From Patescibacteria group bacterium (GTDB lineage Bacteria; Patescibacteriota; Patescibacteriia; 2-01-FULL-39-33), in assembly GCA_041662745.1 (NCBI GenBank), contig JBAZRV010000002.1:120001-152000 (forward strand): DNA of 32,000 bases. The letters are read 5' to 3'. The position numbers and the translations under genes were made by a program. This document shows positions 1 to 10,072 of this stretch, in pieces. Below the pieces are notes generated by a model. That model did not search any database. It was not told the DNA's origin and was given only the letters and a program-made list of their open reading frames with translations. Each line of letters begins with the position of its first letter. The stretch's first letter is position 1.

Positions 1-2
1 AG

Positions 3-1415
3 ATTAATTTTAGCCAAGACCATTCGGAAACAGTTTTGCCCCTAGGCATCTTATCGGTCGGCAGCCATTTGAAACGTTGCGGCTATAAAGTTGAACTGGT
101 AAATATTACGGAAAAACAAATTACTGAGATAGCCGCGATTATCGCCGAGAAAAATCCGCTCTGTGTCGGCTTATCAGTTATGACCGGCGTGCAGACGCGC
201 CAGAGCGCTGAATTATCCAAAAAAATAAAAACTTTAAATAAGGCCATACCAATTATTTGGGGCGGTATTCATCCGTCGCTTTTGCCAGAGCAGTGTCTGG
301 GTGAGGATTACATTGATTTCGTAGTTATTTCTGAGGGAGAGATAACTACGACGGAATTAGTAGAAAAAATAATCAGAGGAGGGGATTTTCATGATGTTTT
401 AGGCATCGGCTATAAGCAAGCCGGAAAAATTACCATCAATCCCAACCGCCCGTTTATTGCCAACCTTGATGATTTCCGCCTTGATTGGTCTTTATTGGAT
501 TTGGAGCTTTATATTTCTCCGTTGAAAAATTTTAAGCGAGTTATTGCTTACAAGGCCTCGCGCGGTTGCCCGTTTAATTGCTCTTTTTGCTATAATAATG
601 CCTTTAATCAGAATAAGTGGCGTGTTTGGTCGGTGGAGGCGGTAGCGGAGGACATTAATTGGCTGAAAGAGCATTATCAGATTGATGCCGTTAAATTTTA
701 CGATGATAATTTTTTTGTTGATAAGAATCGCGCTTGGCAGATCTTAGAAAAAATAAATTTACCGACGCATTTGGAGGTGCGAATTGATACGATTGACGAC
801 GACTTGGCTCAAAAACTCAAAGAGTTTAGGGTTTTTGACATGTTAATCGGCGTCGAGTCGGGCAGCGATCGCATTTTAAGTCTAATCGATAAAAGATTTA
901 CCGTTGATCGTATTTTGGCCGGAGTAAAGCTTTTAGCCAAGTATAATTTACCGGCTACTTATTCGGCGATTGTCGGTTTGCCGACGGAAACCAAGGAAGA
1001 GTTTGACCGAACAGTTGACTTGTTTAATCAAATTAAAAAAATTCAGCCGTCCGCGGTTTTTTCCTTAGGCGCTTATTTGCCTTATCCGGGATCAAAAATG
1101 TATGATTTTGCCATTAAGCAGGGTTTTAAGCCGCCAACTAAAACAGAAGATTGGGGCAAGATTGATCGTTTTAGGAAAGATTTTAGTTCGCCTTGGGTGA
1201 ACGCGCAAAAAGTTTGGCGGATTAGGGAATACTTTAAACTCCTGAATTGGCGGCTTGGTCCAATTATCAAGTGGTTTAAATGGCGCATTGAGCATCGATT
1301 TTTTGCTTGGCCGATAGATATTTATTTAGTGGAATACTTTGGCGGTATAGCTATTGAACAGAGGGGGTTTTTAGGCAAGACACTAAGAAAAATTTATAAT
1401 TTATTAAGAAGATAA
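3..1415 (+). CDS. B12-binding-type radical SAM protein, 5' end truncated by the window edge
   Basis: Radical SAM motif CPFNCSFC in ASRGCPFNCSFCYN, ESGSD motif and PYPGS motif. The frame stays open upstream of the predicted TTG start to the window edge, encoding INFSQDHSETV-LPLGILSVGSHLKRCGY, which matches the usual family N-terminus. The true start is therefore probably outside the window. Confidence 0.9.
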   Translation: MNFSQDHSETVLPLGILSVGSHLKRCGYKVELVNITEKQITEIAAIIAEKNPLCVGLSVMTGVQTRQSAELSKKIKTLNKAIPIIWGGIHPSLLPEQCLGEDYIDFVVISEGEITTTELVEKIIRGGDFHDVLGIGYKQAGKITINPNRPFIANLDDFRLDWSLLDLELYISPLKNFKRVIAYKASRGCPFNCSFCYNNAFNQNKWRVWSVEAVAEDINWLKEHYQIDAVKFYDDNFFVDKNRAWQILEKINLPTHLEVRIDTIDDDLAQKLKEFRVFDMLIGVESGSDRILSLIDKRFTVDRILAGVKLLAKYNLPATYSAIVGLPTETKEEFDRTVDLFNQIKKIQPSAVFSLGAYLPYPGSKMYDFAIKQGFKPPTKTEDWGKIDRFRKDFSSPWVNAQKVWRIREYFKLLNWRLGPIIKWFKWRIEHRFFAWPIDIYLVEYFGGIAIEQRGFLGKTLRKIYNLLRR

Positions 1416-1421
1416 CTGTTT

Positions 1422-2552
1422 ATGAGGATTTTAGTTTTCGGATCAGATCCGGCAATTTTAAATAGTTCCTCCAGCGTCGCTCAAAGAGCTATTGATGCCA
1501 GTATTGGTATTGATAAATATTCAGTAATCGTTCCTAATTATTCCGATGTAATAAAGCAGCATCAAGAAAATCTCTGGATTTACGGAGTCAACGCTAAAAA
1601 TAAAATAGTTGCTTCATATAAGATTTATCGCCTGGCCAATCAGCTTTTAAAAAAAGAAAAATTTGATTTAATTACCACCCCCGATGCTTATTATCTGGCT
1701 TTGGCCGGTTGGCTGTTGACCAGAAAAAATAAAATAAAATTAGAAGTTCAAATCCATGGCTTTGAAAAATTTTTTGGTCTGCGGAAACTCATTGCTAAAT
1801 TTGTTTTACCCCGGGCTGATGCCGTCAGGGTTGTCAGTGAGCGGCTCAGAAGAATGATGGTTAGGGAGTTTGGGGTTGTTAATGATAAAATTACGGTCGT
1901 GCCGGTTTTTTCTCCGCCTTACATAAATAATGATAATAGTAATCAGCCAGCGGCAGAACGCCAAGCGGGCAAGTTTGTTTTTTTAACTGTTTCTCGGTTG
2001 GTCTCTATTAAGAATATTCCTCTGCAAATTGAGGCCATGGCTGAAATGGTAAAAGATTTTCCGCAGGCGGAATTATGGCTGACCGGAGACGGTCCGGAGA
2101 AAGACCATTTGACTGAGCAGATAAACCAACTGAATTTAACCCATAAGGTTAAGCTTTTAGGCCATAAGAATAGGGAAGAGCTCGATGTTTTGTATCGTCA
2201 AGCCGATGTTTTTTTATTGACTTCATTGGCTGAAGGCTGGCCGATTGTGATTATGGAGGCGGCGCGTTATGGTTTGCCGATTATTATGACTGATGTTGGT
2301 TCGGCTGGAGAATTAATCATTAATCAGAAAAGCGGTTTAGTGATCCCCATTAATGATAAGCAGAAATTGATTTCTCAGATGAAGCTACTGATAGTCAATC
2401 AGGAGTTAAGGGAGTTGATCGGCCGGGGAGCCTTAAAGGCGGTAAACAGCATGCCCAATAAGGAGGAGATTATAAGGCTGTATCAGCTGGGCTGGCAGCG
2501 GGCGGTGGCTGATAAAATAGCCGTCGCTGGATCAGTAGAGAAGCAAAATTAA
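1422..2552 (+). CDS. Family 4 (GT-B fold) glycosyltransferase
   Basis: SRLVSIKNIPLQIEAMAEM, LWLTGDGPEKDHL, and C-terminal DVFLLTSLAEGWPIVIMEAARYGLPIIMTDVGSAGELI (E-x7-E region). Confidence 0.9.
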   Translation: MRILVFGSDPAILNSSSSVAQRAIDASIGIDKYSVIVPNYSDVIKQHQENLWIYGVNAKNKIVASYKIYRLANQLLKKEKFDLITTPDAYYLALAGWLLTRKNKIKLEVQIHGFEKFFGLRKLIAKFVLPRADAVRVVSERLRRMMVREFGVVNDKITVVPVFSPPYINNDNSNQPAAERQAGKFVFLTVSRLVSIKNIPLQIEAMAEMVKDFPQAELWLTGDGPEKDHLTEQINQLNLTHKVKLLGHKNREELDVLYRQADVFLLTSLAEGWPIVIMEAARYGLPIIMTDVGSAGELIINQKSGLVIPINDKQKLISQMKLLIVNQELRELIGRGALKAVNSMPNKEEIIRLYQLGWQRAVADKIAVAGSVEKQN

Positions 2553-2556
2553 ATTT

Positions 2557-3594
2557 ATGAAATTATTGGTTTTAACACAAAAAGTAGATAAGGATGATGC
2601 CGTTCTCGGATTTTTCCATAAGTGGTTGGAAAAAATGGCTGCTCGCTGCGAGAGCGTGGTAGTTATTTGCCTTGGTTGTGGTCGTTATGATTTGCCGGTT
2701 AATATCAAAGTGTTGTCTCTAGGGAAAGAACAGGGAGCGAGCAGACTCAGATATGTGATTAATTTTTTTAATTATATTTGGCGGGAACGGCGCAATTATG
2801 ATCGGATTTTTGTGCACATGAATCCGGAATATTTAGTGCTGGGCGGCTGGCTTTGGTTTTGTTTACGCAAGCCAGCTTATCTCTGGTTTAATCATCAATA
2901 TGGCAATTGGCTTGCTCGCTGCGGTCAGATATGGACAACTAAAATTTTTTACACTTCACCCCAATCGTTTTTTGCCGGCAGTTCTAAGAGTATTTCTATG
3001 CCGGTAGGCATCGATACGGATAATTTTAGGCGACAGGGCGATGAGCCGCGTCAGAATAATTCCTGTTTATGTTTAGGTCGGATTTCTCCAGTTAAGAATA
3101 TTGAAGTTTTGATAGAAGCCGTGAAGATGCTTGATAAAAATGGCGTTGGATTGGTAGTAAAAATAATCGGCAGCGCTTTAAATAAAGATCAGGATTATCT
3201 TAAGGCACTGAAGGCTTCTTCAGCCGAATTAGTTTCTATCGGCAAAGTTTTTTGGCAAGAAGAAATTCCTAATTACCAAACCCCTACAATTTATCGCCAA
3301 TATGATTTTTTTGTTAATTTGACCAATTCTGGTTCTTTGGATAAGGCGATTTTGGAGGCCATGGCTTGCGGTTGCCTAACTCTGGTTTCTAATACTTCAT
3401 TAGAAGCGGTTTTGCCTGCCGAGCTGCTATTCAAAGAAAAGGATAGCATTGATTTGTCCCAAAAGATTATTGAAATTCTTGGCTGGACTGAAGAGAAAAA
3501 AGAAGCCCTCAGGGTTTCGTTAGCCGATTACGTCGAAAAAGCACATAGTTTGAATATGTTATTGGATAGAATATTTTTTTATTTGAATTCATGA
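2557..3594 (+). CDS. Glycosyltransferase, GT4-like
   Basis: LGRISPVKNIEVLIEAVKML and NLTNSGSLDKAILEAMACGCLTLVSN, characteristic of the GT4 C-terminal domain. Confidence 0.85.
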   Translation: MKLLVLTQKVDKDDAVLGFFHKWLEKMAARCESVVVICLGCGRYDLPVNIKVLSLGKEQGASRLRYVINFFNYIWRERRNYDRIFVHMNPEYLVLGGWLWFCLRKPAYLWFNHQYGNWLARCGQIWTTKIFYTSPQSFFAGSSKSISMPVGIDTDNFRRQGDEPRQNNSCLCLGRISPVKNIEVLIEAVKMLDKNGVGLVVKIIGSALNKDQDYLKALKASSAELVSIGKVFWQEEIPNYQTPTIYRQYDFFVNLTNSGSLDKAILEAMACGCLTLVSNTSLEAVLPAELLFKEKDSIDLSQKIIEILGWTEEKKEALRVSLADYVEKAHSLNMLLDRIFFYLNS

Positions 3595-4346
3595 AGCTAA
3601 AATCGTTGCTTAAAAATTTAATTTATCGTTGTTTATATTTTTTTCCGGCCGGTTCTAATCAGGCCGTCATATTAATGTATCATTCTATTGGCGAAAATAA
3701 TGTTTATTTTACCGTTAGGGCGGAAGAATTCTCTAAACAGATGGATTATTTAGTTAAAAATAACTATAATGTTGTAACTTTGAATAATTTGATTAAGCTG
3801 TTAAAAACAGGGACTATTCCGTCTAAAACGGTGGTTTTGACTTTTGATGATGGTTATAAGGATAACTATGTTAATGTTTATCCGATCTTAAAAAAATATA
3901 ATTTTTCGGCTACTATATTTTTGGCCACGGGCCTGATCGGACAAAAGATTCCTAATTCGTCGGGTGAAGCGCTAGCAGCCCTTAGCTGGAAAGAAATTAA
4001 AGAGATGAATCAGGGGGGATTAATTGATTTCCAGCCGCATACGGTTCAACACCAAAAAAATTATCTTAATAATGAAACCAATATTGCCAGCGAGGTTTCT
4101 AATTCTAAGCGGGAAATTGAAGAAGGCCTGCTTAAGACCTGCCAATTATTCGCCTATCCTTCGGGCAAATATAATGACTCAATAATTAAGGTTTTGAAAA
4201 ATTTGGGTTTTATCGCCGCTTTAACTGTCAGTAGGGGTGTGGTTAAAAGTTATGATGATTTATTCCGCTTAAAACGTAATTCTATTGATAGTCGAATAAG
4301 TTTAAATATGTTCAAGACCATTATTAAGCGAGGGAGAATTAATTAA
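3591..4346 (+). CDS. NodB-type polysaccharide deacetylase
   Basis: VILMYHSI, TFDDGYKDNY (NodB motif 1), FQPHTVQHQ (H-T-x-x-H motif 2). ATGA overlap with the preceding gene. Confidence 0.9.
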   Translation: MKLKSLLKNLIYRCLYFFPAGSNQAVILMYHSIGENNVYFTVRAEEFSKQMDYLVKNNYNVVTLNNLIKLLKTGTIPSKTVVLTFDDGYKDNYVNVYPILKKYNFSATIFLATGLIGQKIPNSSGEALAALSWKEIKEMNQGGLIDFQPHTVQHQKNYLNNETNIASEVSNSKREIEEGLLKTCQLFAYPSGKYNDSIIKVLKNLGFIAALTVSRGVVKSYDDLFRLKRNSIDSRISLNMFKTIIKRGRIN

Positions 4347-4350
4347 AATT

Positions 4351-4998
4351 ATGCATAAAGCTTTTGATTTTGTTAGGGAAGTGCTGAGGGGTAAGACCAT
4401 TTATCGGATTCTATTCAATTGGGAGGTGCAAAAGCATTGCCGGAATTTATCTGGGGAGGTTTTGGATCTGGCAAGCGGCGGTTTGGCTAGTTATTATCGC
4501 TATCTGCCTAAAAATACAAAATTGATAAGGACCGATTATCGACCAGGAAAGGATATTGATTTAGTCGTTGATTTAAACCGGCCATTACCTTTGCCGGATA
4601 ATCAGTATCAAAATATATTATTATTTAACGCGATAAATATTTTAGTAAATACCACTGACGTGTTCAAGGAAATAAATCGTATTTTAACAGTTGGAGGCAA
4701 ATTATTTCTTTCCTCATTATTTATCGCCAATGAGATGCCGGAACCCCACGATTTTAATCGCTTAACTTATGAAGGCATAATGAAACAATTAACGGCCGCA
4801 GGATTTTCTCGGGTGGAAATTTATCGTATAGGAGAACGGGCGACTGCCGCTACCCATATCATGGCCCCTTTTTATCCTTTCAGTTTTATACGCTTGTTTA
4901 TTTATCCTATGGCGATATTGCTTGATCGCTTAATTTCTAAATCAGTCAGAACCAAGTATCCTTGCCCGATCGGTTATTTTGTAATCGCTCAAAAGTAA
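4351..4998 (+). CDS. Class I SAM-dependent methyltransferase (methyltransf_11-like)
   Basis: GEVLDLASGG motif I, DLNRPLPLPDNQYQNILLFNAINILVN, EINRILTVGGKLFLS. Confidence 0.8.
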   Translation: MHKAFDFVREVLRGKTIYRILFNWEVQKHCRNLSGEVLDLASGGLASYYRYLPKNTKLIRTDYRPGKDIDLVVDLNRPLPLPDNQYQNILLFNAINILVNTTDVFKEINRILTVGGKLFLSSLFIANEMPEPHDFNRLTYEGIMKQLTAAGFSRVEIYRIGERATAATHIMAPFYPFSFIRLFIYPMAILLDRLISKSVRTKYPCPIGYFVIAQK

Positions 4999-5014
4999 GC
5001 AAAAAATTAGAATT

Positions 5015-6133
5015 ATGAATAAGTCATTGACATTAAAAAAGATAATTAAGAAAATCGGCATTTATCAGTCGCTGCGAAATAGTTGGGAAAAACTCCAATC
5101 TCGAAAATATCGCGATACTTTGTTTTTGATTGAAAACAAAAAAGATCTGCCTCTGCCCAAAGATATTATTTTCGAGCCAACAACCCGTTGTAATTTAAAT
5201 TGTTGCATGTGTCCGCAACGCGAAGAGCGCAAACAACTAAAACCGGATTTGCCTCCCAGCCAAACCAAGGACTTATTGATTAAACTTAAAAAAGAGCTCG
5301 ATATCAAATCAATTAGTTTGATCGGCGGAGAGGTTCTGGTCAGAAGTGATATCTTGGAAATCATAAAGACGCTCAAAGATTTACATATTAAGGTTTTTAT
5401 TTCAACTAATGGAACATTGATTGATGAAAGATTGGCTGGAGAGTTTAATAAATTTAAGAATATTTCCGGCTTGGCTTTTTCTCTTGATGGCTTAAGGGAG
5501 AGGCACAACCAGATTAGGGGCAAGGATTATGCTTTTGATGGTGTTAAACAGGCCGTGGCTTTGCTTAAAGATGATTTTTCTTTGACCATTAACGCTGTAT
5601 TGATGGATGAAAATCTTAATCAGTTGGTGGATTTAGCCCGACAAATCAAGGCTTGGGGGGTGCCTAATTATTCTTTACAGTTTGAAATGTTTTCTACTGC
5701 CGCTGAAGTGGCTGCATCGGCGAAAATACTAGGGTTAGAGAATCAGGAAGATATTGCTGTAGAAATTAAAGAAAATCAGGATTACAGTTTTTCCCAAGAG
5801 GCGATTAGCGCGATTATTGAGGAATTAAATAAAATTCCCGGTTTAGCTTTGATGATCCAACCGCGTCTTTATTCTCGTTTTCCCGAATTTTATTTAAAAG
5901 GAGAATTAAGGCAAAAAGTAAAATTAGATTGCAAGTATGTTAATACCTTGAGAATTAGCGCTCAAGGGAAAATGATTTTTTGTCCTTTTATCAAAAAAAG
6001 TTTTGGCAGTTTATTAACTAATGATATCGCTAAAGTTTGGAATAGTGCTGAGGTGAAAGACTTCAGGCAAAAACTTTATGCTAATAATTTAACGCCGGTC
6101 TGCAAGCGTTGTTGCCGCTTGGGCGCGAAATAA
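5015..6133 (+). CDS. Radical SAM/SPASM-domain protein
   Basis: FEPTTRCNLNCCMCPQ (CxxxCxxC), SLIGGEVL, C-terminal Cys set CKYVNTLRISAQGKMIFCPF...CKRCCRLG. Confidence 0.9.
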   Translation: MNKSLTLKKIIKKIGIYQSLRNSWEKLQSRKYRDTLFLIENKKDLPLPKDIIFEPTTRCNLNCCMCPQREERKQLKPDLPPSQTKDLLIKLKKELDIKSISLIGGEVLVRSDILEIIKTLKDLHIKVFISTNGTLIDERLAGEFNKFKNISGLAFSLDGLRERHNQIRGKDYAFDGVKQAVALLKDDFSLTINAVLMDENLNQLVDLARQIKAWGVPNYSLQFEMFSTAAEVAASAKILGLENQEDIAVEIKENQDYSFSQEAISAIIEELNKIPGLALMIQPRLYSRFPEFYLKGELRQKVKLDCKYVNTLRISAQGKMIFCPFIKKSFGSLLTNDIAKVWNSAEVKDFRQKLYANNLTPVCKRCCRLGAK

Positions 6134-6137
6134 TATT

Positions 6138-7274
6138 ATGAAGATTATATATTTAGCTAATTTGCGGTTACCGACTGAAAGGGCCCATGGTTTGCAAATC
6201 ATGAAGATGTGCGAGTCTTTCGCCGAAGCAAAAAATGAGGTGGAATTGGTGGTGCCGCAACGGTTTAATAAAATTAAAGAAGATTATTTCTCTTATTATA
6301 ATGTTAAGGATAATTTTAAGGTTACTAAGTTGCCCTGTTTTGATCTATTGCCGCTCGATCGCTGGTTGGGTGTTTTTGCGTTGTGGTTAGAGCTGACGAC
6401 TTTTTTGCTGGCAGCTAAGGCGTATTTATTTTTTAGGGTTTATGGCATGATTTATACCCGCGAGCCGTTAGTCGGTTTATTTTTTAAGAATTGCATTTTA
6501 GAGGTGCACTCATTGCCCAAGTTTAATTATTATTTTTTCCGTTTAGCTGTTAAGAGGTCTAAATTATTGATAGTTTTAACCGAAGGGATAAAACAAGCGT
6601 TAATCACGCAAGGAATTAGCGCTGATAAAATCATGGTTTCTCCTGATGCTGTCGATTTACAGCAATTTAAAACAGAATTAAGCCAGGCTGAAGCGAGAGA
6701 AAAATTATCCTTGCCCTTAAAATCAAAAATTATCGTTTATACTGGACATTTATATCCCTGGAAGGGAGTTGACGTGTTAGCTGAAGCGGCGTCTTTATTG
6801 CCGGCTGATTGCTTGGTGGTTTTTGTCGGCGGAGTTAAGGAGGATATTGATGAATTTAGAACTAAATATGCCAGCGTAAAAAGTATTTTAATTTTTGGTC
6901 ATCGACCACATCAAGAAATGCCGATTTTTTTGAAGGCGGCTGATGCCCTGGCTTTGCCTAATAGCGGTAAGGAGGAAATTTCCAGAGTTTATACTTCACC
7001 CATGAAATTGTTTGAATATATGAGTAGTGGTACGCCCATAGTCGCTTCGGTTCTGCCGTCATTAAGGGAAATTTTAGACAATAAAAATTCTTATCTAGTT
7101 GAACCGGATAATGCTCAGGCTTTGGTTGATGGTATTAAATATTTATTAAATAATGAAGATATCGGGGGAAAATTAGCAGCTGCGGCTTTGCAAAAAGTAG
7201 AACAATACACTTGGGTTAAGCGAGTAAAAAATATTTTAAATTTTATTAGCACCGCTGATCAGCGATTTAAATAA
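6138..7274 (+). CDS. Family 4 glycosyltransferase
   Basis: IIYLANLRLPTERAHGLQIMKMCESF, IVYTGHLYPWKGVDVLAEAASLL, TSPMKLFEYMSSGTPIVASVLPSLREIL. Confidence 0.9.
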   Translation: MKIIYLANLRLPTERAHGLQIMKMCESFAEAKNEVELVVPQRFNKIKEDYFSYYNVKDNFKVTKLPCFDLLPLDRWLGVFALWLELTTFLLAAKAYLFFRVYGMIYTREPLVGLFFKNCILEVHSLPKFNYYFFRLAVKRSKLLIVLTEGIKQALITQGISADKIMVSPDAVDLQQFKTELSQAEAREKLSLPLKSKIIVYTGHLYPWKGVDVLAEAASLLPADCLVVFVGGVKEDIDEFRTKYASVKSILIFGHRPHQEMPIFLKAADALALPNSGKEEISRVYTSPMKLFEYMSSGTPIVASVLPSLREILDNKNSYLVEPDNAQALVDGIKYLLNNEDIGGKLAAAALQKVEQYTWVKRVKNILNFISTADQRFK

Positions 7275-7295
7275 AAGTAATCATTCTAAATAGTT

Positions 7296-8648
7296 ATGAA
7301 ATTTTTTTTGTTAGTGCCGAATTTTAATCAAGGAAAAAAATCAATTATGAGTGTCAGGGCTAGACAGCCGCTGTCTATGGCGATTATCGCTGCTATATTG
7401 ATTAAAGATAGTCACCAGGTAAAATTACTGGACGCTAATGTTTTAAATTTATCTTTAACGGAGGTTCTGGCCGAGATTGCGGCTTATGGGCCGGATTTTT
7501 TTATTTTGACTTCAACTAAAATTGATCGCTGGGAGTGTCCCAATTCCAATATTGAAAATATTTTTCAGATTATCAATCAGGTTTCAGCTAAGTATAAAAT
7601 TTTAATTGGCAGTCATGGCACTACTATGCCGGAATGGGTATTTGAAAATTGCCAAACAGATTTTATTATTCGAGGCGAACCTGAGTTAGCCGTTCAGAAT
7701 TTGATTATCAGCCTGGTTAGTGGTCAAACTATTTCAAATATCGCCGGCTTATCTTATCGTCAAGGAGAGAAGATAATAAATAATCCCAGCGAAAGAATAA
7801 CTGACTTGGATATTTTGCCACTCCCGGCTTATAATTTATTGCCGATGGCTGAATACTCTTGTAATGATTTTGAAAAGCCTTTTTCAATTGTGATGACCTC
7901 GCGTGGCTGTCCCTATAATTGTATTTTTTGCCTTAAAGCAATGATGCCGGGTCAATATGTTGTTAGAAGTGTTGATAAGGTGCTCGAAGAAATAGAATAC
8001 CTGATAAAAAATTTTCAAATTAAATCTATTTTTTTTCAAGATTGGGAATTTTTTATTGATAGTGACAGAGTCGAAAAAATTTGCTTGGAAATTATTAGAC
8101 GTGGTTTAAAATTCACTTGGGGCGCTAATGCCCGAGCGACGGATATTACCAAAAGCGAATATCTCATGCCTTTAGTTAAGCAGGCTGGTTGCATTCTGAT
8201 TAATTTGGGTATGGAATCTGCCAGTAATCGAGTTTTGGAACGAATTAATAAAAGAATAACTCAAGCTGATTTGCAACAAGCTGTAGATATTTTTAAGATT
8301 CATGGTATTAGTGGTGGTTATTGCGTCCTTTTAAATGCACCAGGGGAGAACCATCAAACGATTCAAGAAACGATTGATTTTGTGGTTAAAAATGATTTAC
8401 AGGTTAAGCAATTTTTGCCAGTCATTCCTTACCCCGGCACAGTCCTCTTTGATCTTATTAAGAAGAAATTTCCTAATCGAATTTTAAATTGGAATAATAT
8501 CGAACAATATGCTGGTTTAATCGAAGTTGAAAGTAAACCTTTTTGGAGCCTGTGGTTTTTAAGAAATTATAAAAATCATCTGAAATATGGCCGAGGCTAC
8601 TGGTTAAGGCCGGTTTTTTGGCGCGAAGTTGTTCTAAAAAATAAATAG
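7296..8648 (+). CDS. B12-binding-type radical SAM protein
   Basis: TSRGCPYNCIFCLK, INLGMESASNRVLERINKRI, VIPYPGTVLFDL. N-terminal Rossmann-like B12-binding-type region (IRGEPE). Confidence 0.88.
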   Translation: MKFFLLVPNFNQGKKSIMSVRARQPLSMAIIAAILIKDSHQVKLLDANVLNLSLTEVLAEIAAYGPDFFILTSTKIDRWECPNSNIENIFQIINQVSAKYKILIGSHGTTMPEWVFENCQTDFIIRGEPELAVQNLIISLVSGQTISNIAGLSYRQGEKIINNPSERITDLDILPLPAYNLLPMAEYSCNDFEKPFSIVMTSRGCPYNCIFCLKAMMPGQYVVRSVDKVLEEIEYLIKNFQIKSIFFQDWEFFIDSDRVEKICLEIIRRGLKFTWGANARATDITKSEYLMPLVKQAGCILINLGMESASNRVLERINKRITQADLQQAVDIFKIHGISGGYCVLLNAPGENHQTIQETIDFVVKNDLQVKQFLPVIPYPGTVLFDLIKKKFPNRILNWNNIEQYAGLIEVESKPFWSLWFLRNYKNHLKYGRGYWLRPVFWREVVLKNK

Positions 8649-8649
8649 T

Positions 8650-10065
8650 ATGAAGATCGCTTTAATTTTTACACCCTCCATTTACCAAACCAAAGAAACT
8701 ATGCCGCCGCTCGGCTTAGCTTGGTTGGCTGCGGTTTTGCAAAAAAATGGTTTCAACGACGTTTATATTATTGATAGTGTCATTAATAAATACGATAATC
8801 AAAAAATAATCGAATTATTAAAAGAACAAGGCGCTGATCTGATTGGGCTTTCTTTTGGCACGCAAAACCGTTTTTATGCTTTTCAATTAGCAGAACTTAT
8901 CAAAAAAAACTTCCCCTCCGTACCGCTTGTGGCGGGCGGACCGCATGTCACCTTGACTGCTGATGACACCTTAAGGCAGATTCAGTCTATTGATATAATT
9001 GTGCGAGGGGAGGGCGAATTTACTTTTTTAGAATTGATTCAGGCGATTGAGCGGGGAAATGACATCAGAATGATTAACGGCCTCTCTTATCGGAATAGCC
9101 AGGGCGAAATTTTCCACAATACTGAACGAACGCCGATTATCGATTTGGATGTCTTGCCTTTTCCGGCCCGGGAATTGTTGCCAATAAAGAATTATCAGCA
9201 GAAAATTCCATTATCGGATAAAATTTGCACGAGTATGATTACTAGCCGGGGTTGTCCTAATAATTGTATTTATTGTTCTACGGCCAGTCAGTGGGGGCAT
9301 AATATTAGATTTCGTTCGCCCAAGAATATTGTGGATGAGATAGAAATAATTGTTAATAAGTATGGTCTTGAAGGAGTTGGCTTTTTTGACGATTGTTTCA
9401 CTGTTGATAAAAAAAGAGTTATCGCTATTTGCCAAGAGATTATAAATCGAGGTCTAAAAATCGGTTGGTGGTGTGAGGCTCGAGCTAATACGCTTGATCC
9501 TGAAGTTTTGGCTTGGATGAAACGCGCTGGTTGCGAGTATATTGCCATGGCGATCGAGTCCGGCAGTAATGAGGTTTTAAAAAGAATAAAGAAAATGATT
9601 ACAGTTGAACAGGGTATTGCCGCCGCTAAAATGATCCATGCCGTTGGTATTAAGCAAAAAATATTTTTTATGCATGGTTTGCCTGGAGAAACCTATGAAG
9701 ACATTAAAAAAACTGTTTTTTTAAGTCGTTATTTATTAGACCGAGTGGGCGTGGAAGAAGCGACCCAAGGCGTAACTATTATTTATCCGCATACGGAAAT
9801 AGAAACGATAGCTAAGGAATTAAATATCTTGCCCCAGGATTTTTCTTGGAGTCGGATTTTCCATGAGCCGCGTTCGTATCCGCCGCTGATAGTTTCGCAA
9901 AATATGCCGATTTTTGAACAGCCGAATTTGAGTTATGAAAATATTTTTCAATTTGCTCGGCGAGCAAAAATGGAATATTACTTATCGCATCCTCTATTTT
10001 TAGCACGGAAATTATGGAAACATAGAGATAATATCACTAAGTGGTTCACGACTAGAACAGTCTAA
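8650..10065 (+). CDS. B12-binding-type radical SAM protein
   Basis: PPLGLAWLAAVLQKNGF, AGGPHVTLTADDTL, IVRGEGEFTF, TSRGCPNNCIYCSTASQWG, IESGSNEVLKRIKK. Confidence 0.93.
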   Translation: MKIALIFTPSIYQTKETMPPLGLAWLAAVLQKNGFNDVYIIDSVINKYDNQKIIELLKEQGADLIGLSFGTQNRFYAFQLAELIKKNFPSVPLVAGGPHVTLTADDTLRQIQSIDIIVRGEGEFTFLELIQAIERGNDIRMINGLSYRNSQGEIFHNTERTPIIDLDVLPFPARELLPIKNYQQKIPLSDKICTSMITSRGCPNNCIYCSTASQWGHNIRFRSPKNIVDEIEIIVNKYGLEGVGFFDDCFTVDKKRVIAICQEIINRGLKIGWWCEARANTLDPEVLAWMKRAGCEYIAMAIESGSNEVLKRIKKMITVEQGIAAAKMIHAVGIKQKIFFMHGLPGETYEDIKKTVFLSRYLLDRVGVEEATQGVTIIYPHTEIETIAKELNILPQDFSWSRIFHEPRSYPPLIVSQNMPIFEQPNLSYENIFQFARRAKMEYYLSHPLFLARKLWKHRDNITKWFTTRTV

Positions 10066-10072
10066 AAAATCT

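Noticed and set aside
492-674. Small antisense ORFs inside larger genes (for example 492-674, 5065-5523, 9211-9435, 9288-9548, 12946-13281, 16658-17026, 25419-25658, 31491-31739)
   Set aside because: Each lies opposite or out of frame to a long ORF with clear family motifs, and none shows a recognisable domain. They look like chance ORFs.
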